Shown here in pieces: positions 25,527-39,499 of a stretch of 63,900 nucleotides of DNA. The stretch lies in assembly GCA_051453625.1 (NCBI GenBank), contig JBOZIK010000001.1, positions 33,012,030 through 33,075,929 of the forward strand, read 5' to 3'. The notes under the pieces are model-generated. The model made no database searches and had not been told where the DNA came from. It worked only from the letters and a program-made list of their open reading frames with translations. Numbering within the stretch: position 1 is the stretch's first letter; each line of letters starts with the position of its first letter. A program made the translations under genes and the position numbers. The stretch comes from Welwitschia mirabilis. Lineage: Eukaryota.

Positions 25527-26922
25527 TGTTCATCATTAACATGTATAAACGAACATTTAAATTAAATTTATTTGATTAATTTAACTTAGTTAAAGATATT
25601 AAAATATTCATTTTTTCATAAAATTATTTCTTATTCCTTTTTTAACATGATTTATAAACTTATGCATTTTCGCATAACAATTTAAGGTTTTTTATTACAT
25701 TCTAAAGGTCATACTAAAGAATGAGGTTCATACACTAGAAAATGCTAGCACTACCATCTAGATCATTGGCTTCATTGTTCCTTTAGAGAATTATAGTTCA
25801 AAAGCTACATTTTCAAACTATTATTATAAAGTAATTAAATTACAGGTATGGGATTAATTAGTTATTACATCAAAGACAAGTGATACCATCAATGACATGT
25901 GGTGGTGGCATGAGTTAACACATGGAATGAAATGTGAGATGATGTCAAATATACATGGTGATAACACTATATGGTAGAAGCATCATGATCCAAAGTCCAT
26001 ATGTTAAACTCGTTATGATCGCTTTCACAAAAAAATAAAGGTCCTACCATATGGCAAAAACTGTCCAAATTATAATGCCCACCAATCAATACAAGCTAAA
26101 GTATTCTAACCTTCTTAATGCTTCCCTCACCTATAAAATGGGCTTAAACCCTCATTTATAAAATGTCTTTTTGGTGAGTAAAATTAGAGGAAATCCTTAA
26201 AGTGTTATTCATTGACATGTCTTTTTAAGTACCTCCTTTGGGATTGGATTTGTTTTTAGGCTAGTGTAAGGAGTCTTTATCATTTTCATCTTCTTCTTTC
26301 AATGTAATGTATTTTGATATTTTAATGAAAGAGTATATATTCATTTTTTATTTTGAGTTATAAGTTATCTTTTACTTATAATACTTAATTAAAATTACAT
26401 TGTTAATTTCTTTTAGTAACCTAGTAAGTTCTTTAAGTTAGCTTATTGGTTGTAGTTACTTTTGTTTAATAGATCTCAACTACATTAGTCCTTACTTTCC
26501 ATGATTATGAAAGGATATGAAGGACTAAAGTGACTATTGAATTCACCAACACTCATATGATAAATGAGATTATGTTACCACAACTCAAGCCATCATGACT
26601 TAATAATTTAATCTTTGTATTAGAAAGTTGTAGGATCATTAAAGTGAAGGTTTATTAGAGAATATGTTGAGATAGATCTTTGAAGCTCATTTTTTTCTTG
26701 CTTTACCAATCAAAGTTTATTATAATCTTAACTCTTGGTTTTGATTTGTTTTGATTCATTACAAGTTTGATAATTTTGTATTACTTCTATTAATATTTTA
26801 CCTTGAATTATCCCTATAGAAAAATAATATTAGGTATGTGCATAGTTTATTAAAGTTAATTATTACTACTATGAATGGATTTTGGCATTCATGTATTGTA
26901 AATCTATCCTAAAATGTTAACA
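25527..26922 (+). repeat. LTR-like repeat family X, copy 2 (probable solo LTR, ~1.4 kb)
   Basis: TGTTCATCATTAACATGTA...AAAATGTTAACA termini, with TATA box CTATAAAA near 26131. Homologous to the inverted copies at 2229-5190 and 27815-37209. No clear TSD, so the 3' end is tentative. Confidence 0.6.
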
Positions 26923-28939
26923 TCTCAAGTACATAGAGCTATTGCAAAACAGACACCATTGTTAAGAATATTATTCATATGATAAGAGAATCATATCACC
27001 AAATTATTATTTAAATTGAATAACCCAAATCATATTTTTTAGTTTTGATTTAATTTCATTTTAATGTTAGCTATGGAAAATTATTTTAGTCAAATGAAGA
27101 AACAAAATTTTTAGAAATTTTACTTCATTTAAGATAATTTAAGCTTTGCTATAATGTATGCTTAGATGGCTATATGCTTTCATTATCACACCCTAACATG
27201 TAATTAATTATAAAGATCATAAGTATTGGATAGAAAATAATGATGTTTATTAGAAATTTTTCAAAATATAGATAAGATTTATTAGTATGAATTTTAATTA
27301 ACTACAATAAATATAACATTGTGATTAGTTATTTTTTTCCTTACAAATATAAATTGATATTTTTATCAATCAAAGTAAAAGGTAAAAGTAACTAAATTAA
27401 AAGGTAAAAGCTTTATAACAATTTTTATATACTTATTATAAAATTGCAATATATCATATAAAGTAATTTTTATTTAAGCTACAGTAATATAGTGGTCTTG
27501 TAGTTCTTTAAATGTGATTAATAATTGCTATTATTAATATGTAGAAATTATGAAAGTGTCATGTGTAGTAGGTTCTAAAAATTAATGTAATACGTCTATA
27601 TGTTGGTATTTTAAATTAACAACAGTGAATAGTTTAATTTTTAGTAGTAACTCATATTCAAATTATCCTTAGTAAGCACTAAAATTATTTTTAAATTTAA
27701 AATCCATTAAAACTCTTATAGGAACCTAGGATTAATTTTTATTTATAATGTATTAGTATATTTATGTATTTTTTAAAAAAGTAAATAATATACTTATTTC
27801 TTATAAATTAAAAATAGATCATTTTAGTTTGAAAATTTTCATGTATTACAATGTCTGAATTTAAAGTTGAGTTTGCATTTAGATATTATTCTTTCTCAGG
27901 GATAACATGGGTAATGGTCTAGAACTACATTAACTTAAGATCAATGCAATTTATCAATTTTTAGAAAAGAAAAGAGAAAANNNNNNNNNNTGATTTATAG
28001 AGTTGTGTTTTGAACATCTTCTTGAAGAGTAGGGAAGAAAACTAGCTTCAAGGCTTTGTTGATTCATTCCAAGCAATACTTTATTCTAATGTTGTCCAGT
28101 TGCCTTTTTGCAACACACTTAAACCATCAAATGCTTTTGGCCCAAATCATGATGACATTATCTCATTCATCATATGAGTAATGCTAAACTCAATTTCCAC
28201 TTGATTTCCAAATCCTAAAAAATAATAAAAAGTAAGAATCTAAGTACTTAAAATCTATAAAGTTAAAGAACTTAAATCAAGCATTAAAAAAGTTCACTCA
28301 AAATGTAATAAAATTTAATGATTAAACTAGTTACTTGTGTATTTTAATTATAATATTACTCATGAGTTCAAATAAAAAAGTAACAACTTTTGTATCATAA
28401 AAAAGAAACAACTTTATATTAAAAGAAGAAAGATGTAGTAAGAACTCATTATCAATCCTCAAAGAATAACTCACTTCTCTAAAGAGTCACTTAAAAAGCC
28501 ATTATGATTAATGCTCTAAGGTTTTGTAATTTTTTCAAGCCAAAGATAATACAACGGATGGTTTAATGCACCTTTATAAGAAGACATAATGGAGAGCTAT
28601 GGTTATAAGCTCTTGGCTGGTAACATTAGATGGAGAGTTATAAAATCATGATATTTAGGTAGGATGATTTATATTCTTTTTCATTTCATGAAGATACTTA
28701 TGATAACATCAACACTTGGCTTTAGTGTGCTATAGCTTCTTCTAACCACTGTCTACACCATGTGTCTTCACTGTCATCCTACTCAGCCCTGCTAAATTTT
28801 ACTCTAGAGTCCTCATCATTGCTACAACATCTAATCTAGATTTCAATTTATTTTTGATGTGAGATTTAATGGAGTTCATACTACATTTAATTTAATTACC
28901 CATGATAAGATAGGAAAATGAGTTTGGGGGCTATTTGTG

Positions 28940-29460
28940 TGTTAGAAGTAAAGCCAAATCTTTTGATGTTATTTTGTCCTTTACAGTGTGACTTTATATA
29001 TTTTTATATAGTCCCCTTTCTTATTGTAATATTAAAAATAAGAAGGGAAGTCTAATGGAATCATCTAAAAAGTTCTAGAAGTTAGGATTAGGGTTTTTAC
29101 TATAAAAGAAAATCTATATAAGAAGAGTAGAGGCATGGGATGTTACAATGTGTAGAAATCAATAGTTATCAGATTGGATATTGAGGATAACTTATGTTCT
29201 TATCCTTTTCTTCATTCTAATAGAGAGCTTTACATTGCTTTTATGGTTTTTTCCCTACATTGGGGGTTTTCACATAANNNNNNNNNNNNNNNNNNNNNNN
29301 NNNNNNNNNNNNNNNNNNNNNNNNNNNNNNNNNNNNNNNNNNNNNNNNNNNNNNNNNNNNNNNNNNNNNNNNNNNNNTTTTCCCTACATTGGGGGTTTTC
29401 ACATAAATCTACTGTGTTGCTATTTGCATTTTTATTTTGCTTTACTATATTTTTCTAATA
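28940..29460 (+). repeat. Copia 5' LTR (contains a 100-N gap)
   Basis: TGTTAGAAGTAAAGCCAAATC...TTTTCTAATA matches 36556-36945. Confidence 0.88.
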
Positions 29461-29462
29461 AC

Positions 29463-29474
29463 TGGTATCAGAGC
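29463..29474 (+). promoter_or_regulatory. Primer-binding site, tRNA-iMet
   Basis: TGGTATCAGAGC, 2 nt after the LTR end. Confidence 0.95.
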
Positions 29475-29779
29475 GAGGTTTAAAGTATGTTCTGTTAGAA
29501 TATCTAAGTACTTGTTCTTTTTGTGTTAATAATGGAGAAGTTGTAGATAGCAGATAAGCTCATTAGATAAAACTAGAATGGTTGGTCTATTCTGATGAGG
29601 GGTGTGNNNNNNNNNNNNNNNNNNNNNNNNNNNNNNNNNNNNNNNNNNNNNNNNNNNNNNNNNNNNNNNNNNNNNNNNNNNNNNNNNNNNNNNNNNNNNN
29701 NNNNNNNNNNNNNNNNNNNNNNNNNNNNNNNNNNNNNNNNNNNNNNNNNNNNNNNNNAGCCTTATGATCTCTAGTAGAC

Positions 29780-32700
29780 TTTGAAAAATAGGTTTAATAA
29801 AGCTTTTGGATTAAATACTTTTTACATTAATTAGAAAGTTTTTAAAGTGAAAAAAAGTTATGACATTCGTTTACAAGATTACCTAGAAGAAATGATGGGT
29901 AATCTAGTTAAGTTAGAGGAGTACAATATTGTTATTCTAGATTTGATGAAATCTTACGCTCTTTTGGATTCCCTATCAGATTCATACTCTGTAATAATAA
30001 CTTTAATTACTACTTCCATGAATATTACTTTTGTGACCTTTGAATAGGTTATTTCTACATTTCAAGATTCCGAGNNNNNNNNNNNNNNNNNNNNNNNNNN
30101 NNNNNNNNNNNNNNNNNNNGAAAACAAAGGTAGAAACCAAAGACATAATTAAAGTAAGGGGAGATATAAGAGCAGAGGCATGTCTCGTACCAGAAGTATG
30201 GAATGCTAGTTTTGCGAGAGAAAGTGCCATAGAAAAAAGGATTGCTATTCATAGAAATCCAAACAAAGGGAAAAGACTAAAAGAAGAAAAGCAGAAAGTC
30301 CTCTTCTTAGGTAAATCAAGCTAAAGAAGATGTAAGTTTCCTTGTATCTGAACGTTATACCTTCCTAATAGAGGAACATGACAAGGATGTATGGTTGATT
30401 GACATAAGTACTTCCTTTTATATTTGTCCTAATCATTCTACCTTTATGTCATATTGTGCTATTTCATCTAGTGTTGTATGTGCTACCAATGGGAAATCAT
30501 TAACAATTGCTAGAATAGAAAGCATTATTTTGCAACAACCAGGGATGTCGAAAGTTACCATTAATAATGTTCGGCATGTTCTAGAAGTGATAAGGAAGCT
30601 GATCTCTGTCACAGAGTTAGATGATCTAGGCTTGAATTTTTCAAGTGGTGGAGGCTATTGGAGAATTATGAAAGGGATTATGATAATTTTGCAAGGCAAA
30701 AAGGAGGGTAGCATGTACACATTAGAAGAAAATGCTTGTGGTGTAATTGCTATAGTTTTAGATATAGAGGACGATGGTGCTTGGCATAGATGGCTTGGAC
30801 ATATTGGCAACTCTGGTTTAAAGGTATTACANNNNNNNNNNNNNNNNNNNNNNNNNNNNNNNNNNNNNNNNNNNNNNNNNNNNNNNNNNNNNNNNNNNNN
30901 NNNNNNNNNNNNNNNNNNNNNNNNNNNNNNNNNNNNNNNNNNNNNNNNNNNNNNNNNNNNNNNNNNNNNNNNNNNNNNNNNNNNNNNNNNNNNNNNNNNN
31001 NNNNNNNNNNNNNNNNNNNNNNNNNNNNNNNNNNNNNNNNNNNNNNNNNNNNNNNNNNNNNNNNNNNNNNNNNNNNNNNNNNNNNNNNNNNNNNNNNNNN
31101 NNNNNNNNNNNNNNNNNNNNNNNNNNNNNNNNNNNNNNNNNNNNNNNNNNNNNNNNNNNNNNNNNNNNNNNNNNNNNNNNNNNNNNNNNNNTTCGTGGGA
31201 CAAAAAAGAGGGTAGCATGTACACATTAGAAGCAAATGCTTGTGGTGTAATTGCTACAGTTTTAGATATAGAGGATGTTGACGTTTGGCATAAATAGTTT
31301 GCACATATTGGCAACTCTAGTTTAAAGGTATTATAGTCCCAATCTCTTATTCCTGCATTTTTTCATACTATTATATATTTTTGTAAAGATTGTTTACTTG
31401 GAAAGTCTAGAAGAGTTAATTTTCATAGAGACTTGAATAACAAAAAGAAAAACAAATTAGAATTAGTTTATTTTGATTTTTGTGAGCCTATTAATCTTGT
31501 TTCTCTTGGTGGTTCTTTATATTTTTTGATGTTCATTGACGATTGTATATGAAATATTTGAGTGTACATATTTAAATCTAAAGATAAAGTTCTAGAAATG
31601 TTTAAGACATTTGTTTCTAGGATTGAAACACAAATAGATTTATGATTGAAATGTTTACTTATTGATAATAGAGGAGAGTATACCTCTAAGGCTTTTGTAG
31701 ATTTTTATAATAGCAAGGAAATTTATCACATTTATACCCCTCNNNNNNNNNNNNNNNNNNNNNNNNNNNNNNNNNNNNNNNNNNNNNNNNNNNNNNNNNN
31801 NNNNNNNNNNNNNNNNNNNNNNNNNNNNNNNNNNNNNNNNNNNNNNNNNNNNNNNNNNNNNNNNNNNNNNNNNNNNNNNNNNNNNNNNNNNNNNNNNNNN
31901 NNNNNNNNNNNNNNNNNNNNNNNNNNNNNNNNNNNNNNNNNNNNNNNNNNNNNNNNNNNNNNNNNNNNNNNNNNNNNNNNNNNNNNNNNNNNNNNNNNNN
32001 NNNNNNNNNNNNNNNNNNNNNNNNNNNNNNNNNNNNNNNNNNNNNNNNNNNNNNNNNNNNNNNNNNNNNNNNNNNNNNNNNNNNNNNNNNNNNNNNNNNN
32101 NNNNNNNNNNNNNNNNNNNNNNNNNNNNNNNNNNNNNNNNNNNNNNNNNNNNNNNNNNNNNNNNNNNNNNNNNNNNNNNNNNNNNNNNNNNNNNNNNNNN
32201 NNNNNNNNNNNNNNNNNNNNNNNNNNNNNNNNNNNNNNNNNNNNNNNNNNNNNNNNNNNNNNNNNNNNNNNNNNNNNNNNNNNNNNNNNNNNNNNNNNNN
32301 NNNNNNNNNNNNNNNNNNNNNNNNNNNNNNNNNNNNNNNNNNNNNNNNNNNNNNNNNNNNNNTTTTCAGTAGAAGTAGTGAATAGATCAACTTATTCCTC
32401 TCTTAATGGTATTTCAGAAATCCTATAGAAAGGTAAAAATATTTCCTATTAGCATTTAAGAGTTTTTGGATGTGAAGATTATATGCATATCCAAAAGGAA
32501 AATAGAACTAAACTGCAAGAAATGGTCAAACGATGCATATTTATTGGCTATGGAAAGGATGCCCTAGGCTATAGAGTATGGGAATCTAAGATCATTAGAT
32601 TGCAAGGTCATGAGTGGTTAAGTTTAGAGAACATGTATAGTTTATAGGGTANNNNNNNNNNNNNNNNNNNNNNNNNNNNNNNNNNNNNNNNNNNNNNNNN

Positions 32701-35700
32701 NNNNNNNNNNNNNNNNNNNNNNNNNNNNNNNNNNNNNNNNNNNNNNNNNNNTATTTCAGAAATCCTATGGAAAGGTAAAAATATTTTCTATTAGCATTTA
32801 AATTTTTTGGATGTGAAGATTATATGCATATCCAAAAGGAAAACAAAACTAAACTACAAGAAATGGCCAAACAATGCATATTTATTAGCTATGGAGAGAA
32901 GGCCCTAGGCTATAGAGTATGGAAACCTAAGACCATTGGATTTCAAAATCACGAGTTATTAAGTTTAGAGAACATGTATAGTTTATAGGATAAGAACCAA
33001 GTAGAGAGTGATCCTGTCTCCTCGCATCAGTCTTGTAAGGTAAAGAATGAATTAAATGAAGAGTAAGAGGAGGAGCAAGAAGAGGAGGCTCCTGAAAATA
33101 GAATTTTAGACAATAATGAAATGTCTTCAGATGAAGAATAGGTAGACGAGGTATAGCCTATGGATACATCCCATTAGATAATGAGATATACCAGAATTTT
33201 ACATCCACCTGATAGGTATTCTCCTTCATTAAATTATGTTATTTATAATGATAGTGGAAAAATAGAAATAGTTAGAGAAGCTCATGCTTGTGTTGATACT
33301 ATCAAGTAGAAGGTAGCCATGGAGGATGAGTGGAAATCCTTAAAACAAAATAATACATGAGATTTGATGGAATTACCTAAAGGGCATAAAGCCCTTCATA
33401 GTAGGTGGATTTTTAGGTTGAAGAATAATGCAAATGAAGAAAAGCCTTATGATGCTAGGCTAGTGGTAAAAGGCTTTGCTTAAAATCTAGGTATTAAATT
33501 TATAGAGATCTTTTCTCCTATGATAAATCATTCTTCTATTCATATGGTTCTTTCTTTAGTTGCCCATTTGGATTTAGAATTGGAATAGTTAGACATAAAA
33601 ATTGCTTTTCTACATGGTGGTTTATATGAGGAGATTTATATGCATCAGCCTGAAGGATTTATAAATAAGAAATGCTCTAATTTTATTTACTGTTTAAACA
33701 AAAGTATTTATGATTTGAAATAAACCCCAAGATAATGGTATAAGAAGTTTGATATATTCATAAAGAAATTGTCATACTAAAAAAGTCAGCTTGATCATTA
33801 TGTTTATTTCTCTGGAAATGTCTCAAGTAAATTTTTTATATTAATGTTATATGTAGACAACATGTTAATTGTAAGAAATGATAAGGTTGTAATAAAATGC
33901 TTAAAGATGAAAATGGACAAGAATTTTGCAATGAAAGATTTAGGGCATGCAAATAAAATTCTAGGAATGAGCATTCACAGAGACAGAAAGCAGAAGAAGC
34001 TGTGATTGAGGCAAAGTGACTATATTGGCAAAGTGCTTAAATGATTTAGCATGAAAGATGCAAATCCTATGATTACTCCTCTAGCTACTCACTTCCAGCT
34101 GTCTAGAAATAACTGTTCAAGCTTAAAAAAAGATGTTGCAAAGGTGAGAAATATTCCATATGCCTCAACAGTAAGCTCACTCATGTATGCTATGGTATGT
34201 ACTCATCCTGATATTGCTTATGCAGTTAGAGTAGTTAGTAGATACATGAGTAATTATAATTGGAATCATTGGCTTGCTGTAAAATGGACTCTTAGATATT
34301 TGAAGGTTACACAAATGCATTGTTTATGTTTTGGCAATGAAGATTTAAGCCTACAAAGCTTTGTAGATGCTAATTTTGCAGCAGATTTAGACAGCAGACA
34401 TTCCACCACAGGTTATGCGTTTACTTTTGGTAGAGGTGCAGTTAGCTGGTTGTCATGTCTTCAACCAATAGTGACTTTGTCCACTACAGAGGCAAAATAT
34501 GTGTCTCTCACAGAAGCTTATAAAGAATGATTTGGTTGTGCAAGTTTCTTGGTTCCCTTGGGTTGAAACAGAAGAAGCATTACGTGTTTTGTGATAGTCA
34601 AAGTGCCATACACTTGGCAAAGAATTCAGCATTTCATGCAAAGACAAAACACATTGACATCCGATTTCATTTTGTAAGAGAAATTATTGAAAACAAGCTG
34701 GTGGATGTACAGAAAATTANNNNNNNNNNNNNNNNNNNNNNNNNNNNNNNNNNNNNNNNNNNNNNNNNNNNNNNNNNNNNNNNNNNNNNNNNNNNNNNNN
34801 NNNNNNNNNNNNNNNNNNNTCTTTCTTTAGTTGCCTATTTGAATTTAGAATTAGAATAGTTAGACATAAAAATTGCTTTTTTACATGGTGGTTTAGAGGA
34901 GGAGATTTATATGCATCAGCCTGAAGGATTTATAAATAAGAAATGCTCTGATTTTATTTGTTATTTAAACAAAAGTGTTTATGGTTTAAAACAAGCCCTA
35001 AGATAATGGTATAAGAAGTTTGATATATTCATGAATAAATTGTCATACTAGAAAAGTTANNNNNNNNNNTGTATGTAGATAACATGTTAATTGCAAGAAA
35101 TGATGAAGCTGTGATAAAACACTTGAAGATGGAAATGGATAAGCATTTTGCAATGAAAGATTTGAGGCATGTAAAGAAAATTTTAGGAATGAGCATTCAC
35201 AGAGACAGGAAGTAGAAGAAGTTATGGTTAAGCCAAAGTAACTATATTGGCAAAGTGCTTGACTAGTTTAGCATGAAAGATGAAAAGCCTGTGAGTACTC
35301 CTCTAGCTACTCACTTCTAGTTATCTAGAAAGGATTATCTAAGCTCAAAAGAAGATGTTGTAAAGGTGAGAAATATTCCATATTCCTCAGCAATAGACTC
35401 ACTCATGTATGCTATGGTATTTACTCATCCTGATATTGCTTATGTAGTTAGAGTAGTTAGTAGATACATGAGCAATTATGGTTGGAATCATTGACTTGCT
35501 GTAAAATGGATTCTTAGATATTTGAATGTTACACAAATGCATTGTCTATAATTTGGTAATGAAGATTTAAGCCTACAAGGCATTGTAGATTCTAATTTTG
35601 TAGCATATTTAGATAGTAGACATTCCACAATAGGTTATTATTTTACTTTTGATGAAGATGTAGTTAGTTAACTATCACATCTTCAACTAATAGTGACTTT

Positions 35701-36035
35701 ATCCACTACAGAGGCAGAATATGTGACTCTCACAAAAGCTTATAAAGAAACAATTTGGTTGTACATGTTTCTTGGTTTTCTTGGGTTGAAACAGAAGAAG
35801 CATTATTTGTTTTATAATAGTCAAAGTGCCATACACTTGGCAAATAATTCAACATTTCATGTAAGAATAAAACACATTAATATCCGATTTCATTTTGCAA
35901 GAGAAATTATTAAAAACAAGTAGGTGGATGTATAGAAAATAAATACCAAGGTTAATGTTGCTAATGCACTCACAGAGGCAGTGGTAATAGACAAGAGTAA
36001 CTTTTGCAAAAGAAATCTTGGAGTTATAGTAACGT
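29780..36035 (+). pseudogene. Copia gag-pol relic
   Basis: WLIDISTSFYICP (PR); WHRWLGHIG (pre-integrase); KCLLIDNRGEYTS (INT); [34 protein letters not shown] (RT); YASTVSSLMYAMVCTHPDIA, FCDSQSAIHLAKNSAFHAKTKHIDIRFHFVRE (RH). The RT/RH part occurs twice (33550-34719 and 34820-35940). Confidence 0.92.
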
Positions 36036-36555
36036 AATCAAAGGGCATTTAAAGCAATGCATCTATCTTGTTTGCTTGGAGGATTACTAGATTTGTCTTC
36101 AAGGGGAGAATTATTGAAAGTGAAGCCAAATCTCTTAATGTTATTTATTCATTTGTAGTATGATCTTATATATTTTTATATAGTCCCCTTTCTTATTATG
36201 ATATTAAAAAGAAGAAGGAAAGTCTAATGGGTTATCTAGAAAGTTCTAGAAGTTAGGGTTAGGGTTTCTACTCTAAAAGAAAATCTATATAAGAAGAGTG
36301 GAGACATGGAATACCACAATGTGTAGAAATCAAAAGTTATCAGATTGGCTATTGAGGATAGCTCATGCCCTTGTCCTTTTCTTTATTCTATTAGAGAGAT
36401 CTGCATTGCTTTCGTGATTTATCCCTACATTGGNNNNNNNNNNNNNNNNNNNNNNNNNNNNNNNNNNNNNNNNNNNNNNNNNNNNNNNNNNNNNNNNNNN
36501 NNNNNNNNNNNNNNNNNNNNNNNNNNNNNNNNNGATTTGTCTTCAAGGGGAGAAT

Positions 36556-36945
36556 TATTGGAAGTGAAGCCAAATCTCTTAATGTTATTTATTCATTTGT
36601 AGTATGACCTTATATATTTTTATATAGTTCCCTTTCTTATTGTAATATTAAAAAGAAGAAGGGAAGTCTAATGGATCATCTAGAAAGTTCTAGAAGTTAG
36701 GATTAGAGTTTCTACTCTAAAAGAAAATCTATATAAGGAGAGTAGAGGCATGGAATGCCACAATGTGTAAAAATCAAAAGTTATCAGATTGGCTATTGAG
36801 AACAGCTCATGCCTTTGTCCTTTTCTTTATTCTAATAGAGAGATTTGCATTGCTTCCGTGATTTGTTCCTACATTGGGGTTTTTCATGTAAATCTCGTGT
36901 GTTGCTATTTGCATTTTGATTTTTCTTTGCTCTATTTTTCTAACA
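36556..36945 (+). repeat. Copia 3' LTR (partial duplicate at 36112-36433)
   Basis: Follows PPT AAGGGGAGAA; TATTGGAAGTGAAGCCAAATC...TTTTCTAACA. Confidence 0.88.
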
Positions 36946-37636
36946 TTACGTACATAGATTGACAACGCTAGTATTCCTAGTTAGTAGCACCCATATTTTA
37001 GGTTATTTAATTTCAAATTAAAACATGTCCTCCAATTAAGCATAATTACCCTAGAAATGTAATGGACACATCATAAGTTAATAATTAATGTAAAAGCTAA
37101 TAGAAGATTTGCTTTTATAATAAAATCAATAATGTTAATGTCTTTAATTAAAATGAATTGATCATTTAACTTGATCATAATGTTAATTTTTACATGTTAA
37201 TAGAAAACAATAATAACATTATATTTTGGTGTCCTATATTTATTTTTATTTTTTCACCACATGGAGATATCTTATACATGGTTGATTAGATGTAAACTTG
37301 TTATAATATATATAAGGATATAGATTTAGGATAAATCTTAACTAATATAATAAGAGATTATTACTCTTATTAATGTAATTATAACTTAATATTCAACTAG
37401 CATTCAGATGTAAATTAGTTTTACTTTAGGTTATAAACTATAATAAACATGATTGAGACTAATTCCATAGGCTGAGATATCACCTTGATATACCACCAAA
37501 AAGTAACATGCTATCATATCCCAAGTTTTATAAACCTTATTTAATCGAATGTTAAGTATATTAAGATTTTATTCAAATGATTCTTATTTAAAAGCCTTGT
37601 TGAAATAAGATATCATTTTAAATTAACTTTAGTTTA

Positions 37637-38822
37637 TGTTGCGTTACCAATTCATGACTATTTGATGGGGTTTTATGAGTTATCTTATAGGACTTTTGTA
37701 TAGGTTCAGGTGTAATTCTGAGNNNNNNNNNNTTATCCAAATTTAATGCATTAAAGACACTTCTGATGAACAAAGCTTTGAAGAATAATTTATAACATAA
37801 ATGCTAAGTTCTCTTCAAAGAAATTATCAAAGAAGACCATCGTCCCCTCCATCGTCCACATGACAGACAGGACAGCACTTGCTGATGTGGACTATTGTGT
37901 CATCATTTCAAAGATATTTTATAATGTACTATTATCTCCTATGTTATCTGGATGATAGCCTAGACGACACTGACATGTAACTATCACTAACAAATTCCTT
38001 GAACCATTTTATCTATTTCGGAGTTCTTAATGAGTGCACCTAACTACACCTTTTGTTTGTCCTTTTCTATTGTATTTTCCTATAAATAAGTTTCTCTTTG
38101 ACTCTTCTTCTCATCTTCGATGCACCAGACATTCTCGTAACAAGAGAATGAAGGGCAGGAGATCTATCTACATGAGTTGTAGAAAGACATGCACTTAGTG
38201 GAGGGCTGTGTATCCTCCATTAAGACCTAGCTATTTTGTAACCTAGATGCTATTACCATTTTAATATAAAATCTTGTTTTATTTNNNNNNNNNNNNNNNN
38301 NNNNNNNNNNNNNNNNNNNNNNNNNNNNNNNNNNNNNNNNNNNNNNNNNNNNNNNNNNNNNNNNNNNNNNNNNNNNNNNNNNNNTAACCTAGATGCTATT
38401 ACCATTTTAATATAAAATCTTGTTTTATTTTCATGTTTACATTGTAGGTTTTCTTATGACCCTTATAGTCTATGTTGCCTTGATCTGGTAACAATTTTTT
38501 GGGTGATACAAATTATCAAGGGTGACCTTTGTTAAATCTGAAATCAAATAGTATTAGAATTATATTTGCATTACATCTTAGTTTATATTGCATATTTCAT
38601 TTTTCATTACACTTTTATTTCCTTGCATTATTATTTACTTTTGATTTCTAGTTTCATTTACAAAATAAACCTAAGTCTCCTACTCATAGACTTCAACAAG
38701 ATACGATATTTTAGGTTAACTTCCATTAAACTAGTATGATGTATTGTGCATAATATATATTTTTATTATTAATGATAGGATCTATTTAAACATAAAATCT
38801 TATACAAATACATGCTACAACA
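37637..38822 (+). repeat. 5' LTR of Athila-like element 2
   Basis: Colinear with 45123-46149 and 46311-46580. TATA box CCTATAAATAAG near 38079. Ends CTACAACA. Confidence 0.85.
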
Positions 38823-38825
38823 AAT

Positions 38826-38843
38826 TGGGACTATTGCTAAGGA
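38826..38843 (+). promoter_or_regulatory. Degenerate primer-binding site, tRNA-Asp (Athila) type
   Basis: TGGGACTATTGCTAAGGA vs Athila consensus TGGCGCCGTTGCCGGGGA, mostly transitions. A second copy TGGTGCTATTACCGAGAA is at 46153-46170. Confidence 0.65.
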
Positions 38844-39499
38844 AGGCTATCAAGGAGTATAAGGGTTATTATCGTTCAGGTGAGTATATTGGACCTCTGT
38901 TTGATTATTTATCTATGTGGCATTGTATTTTATTANNNNNNNNNNNNNNNNNNNNNNNNNNNNNNNNNNNNNNNNNNNNNNNNNNNNNNNNNNNNNNNNN
39001 NNNNNNNNNNNNNNNNNNNNNNNNNNNNNNNNNNNNNNNNNNNNNNNNNNNNNNNNNNNNNNNNNNNNNNNNNNNNNNNNNNNNNNNNNNNNNNNNNNNN
39101 NNNNNNNNNNNNNNNNNNNNNNNNNNNNNNNNNNNNNNNNNNNNNNNNNNNNNNNNNNNNNNNNNNNNNNNNNNNNNNNNNNNNNNNNNNNNNNNNNNNN
39201 NNNNNNNNNNNNNNNNNNNNNNNNNNNNNNNNNNNNNNNNNNNNNNNNNNNNNNNNNNNNNNNNNNNNNNNNNNNNNNNNNNNNNNNNNNNNNNNNNNNN
39301 NNNNNNNNNNNNNNNNNNNNNNNNNNNNNNNNNNNNNNNNNNNNNNNNNNNNNNNAATAGAAAAAACATTAAAGGAGGACAAGTGGATATAGAAAAGAGT
39401 CAGAAAAGCAATCTTTAGGTGCACTCAATCCTCCTTCCAAATTTATTTTTTCTAAATCTGATTTCCTTAATGAAAAACCTATAGAAAGAGAGAACCAAA

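Larger units (their letters stand above)
28940..36945 (+). mobile_element. Ty1/Copia LTR retrotransposon, Tnt1/Tork-like, degenerate
   Basis: ~390 bp LTRs, PBS-Met, PR-INT-RT-RH order, PPT AAGGGGAGAA, and TSD TTGTG (28935-28939) / TTACG (36946-36950). Confidence 0.92.
27815..37209 (-). repeat. LTR-like repeat family X, copy 3, split by the Copia insertion (27815-28939 and 36946-37209)
   Basis: 28420-28526 parallels 4414-4515, and 37040-37200 parallels 5025-5183. Minus-strand start is TGTTTTCTATTAACATGT at 37209. Confidence 0.6.

Noticed and set aside
25527-28939. Inverted pair of family-X repeats as long TIRs of a foldback or Mutator element
   Set aside because: The copies are highly diverged, have TG starts and TATA boxes, and a third copy occurs alone. 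Independent LTR-like insertions are simpler.
33550-36945. Copia with two RT/RNase H domains and two 3' LTRs as a novel architecture
   Set aside because: Both duplications begin exactly at 100-N gaps, like many others in the window, so they are attributed to assembly.
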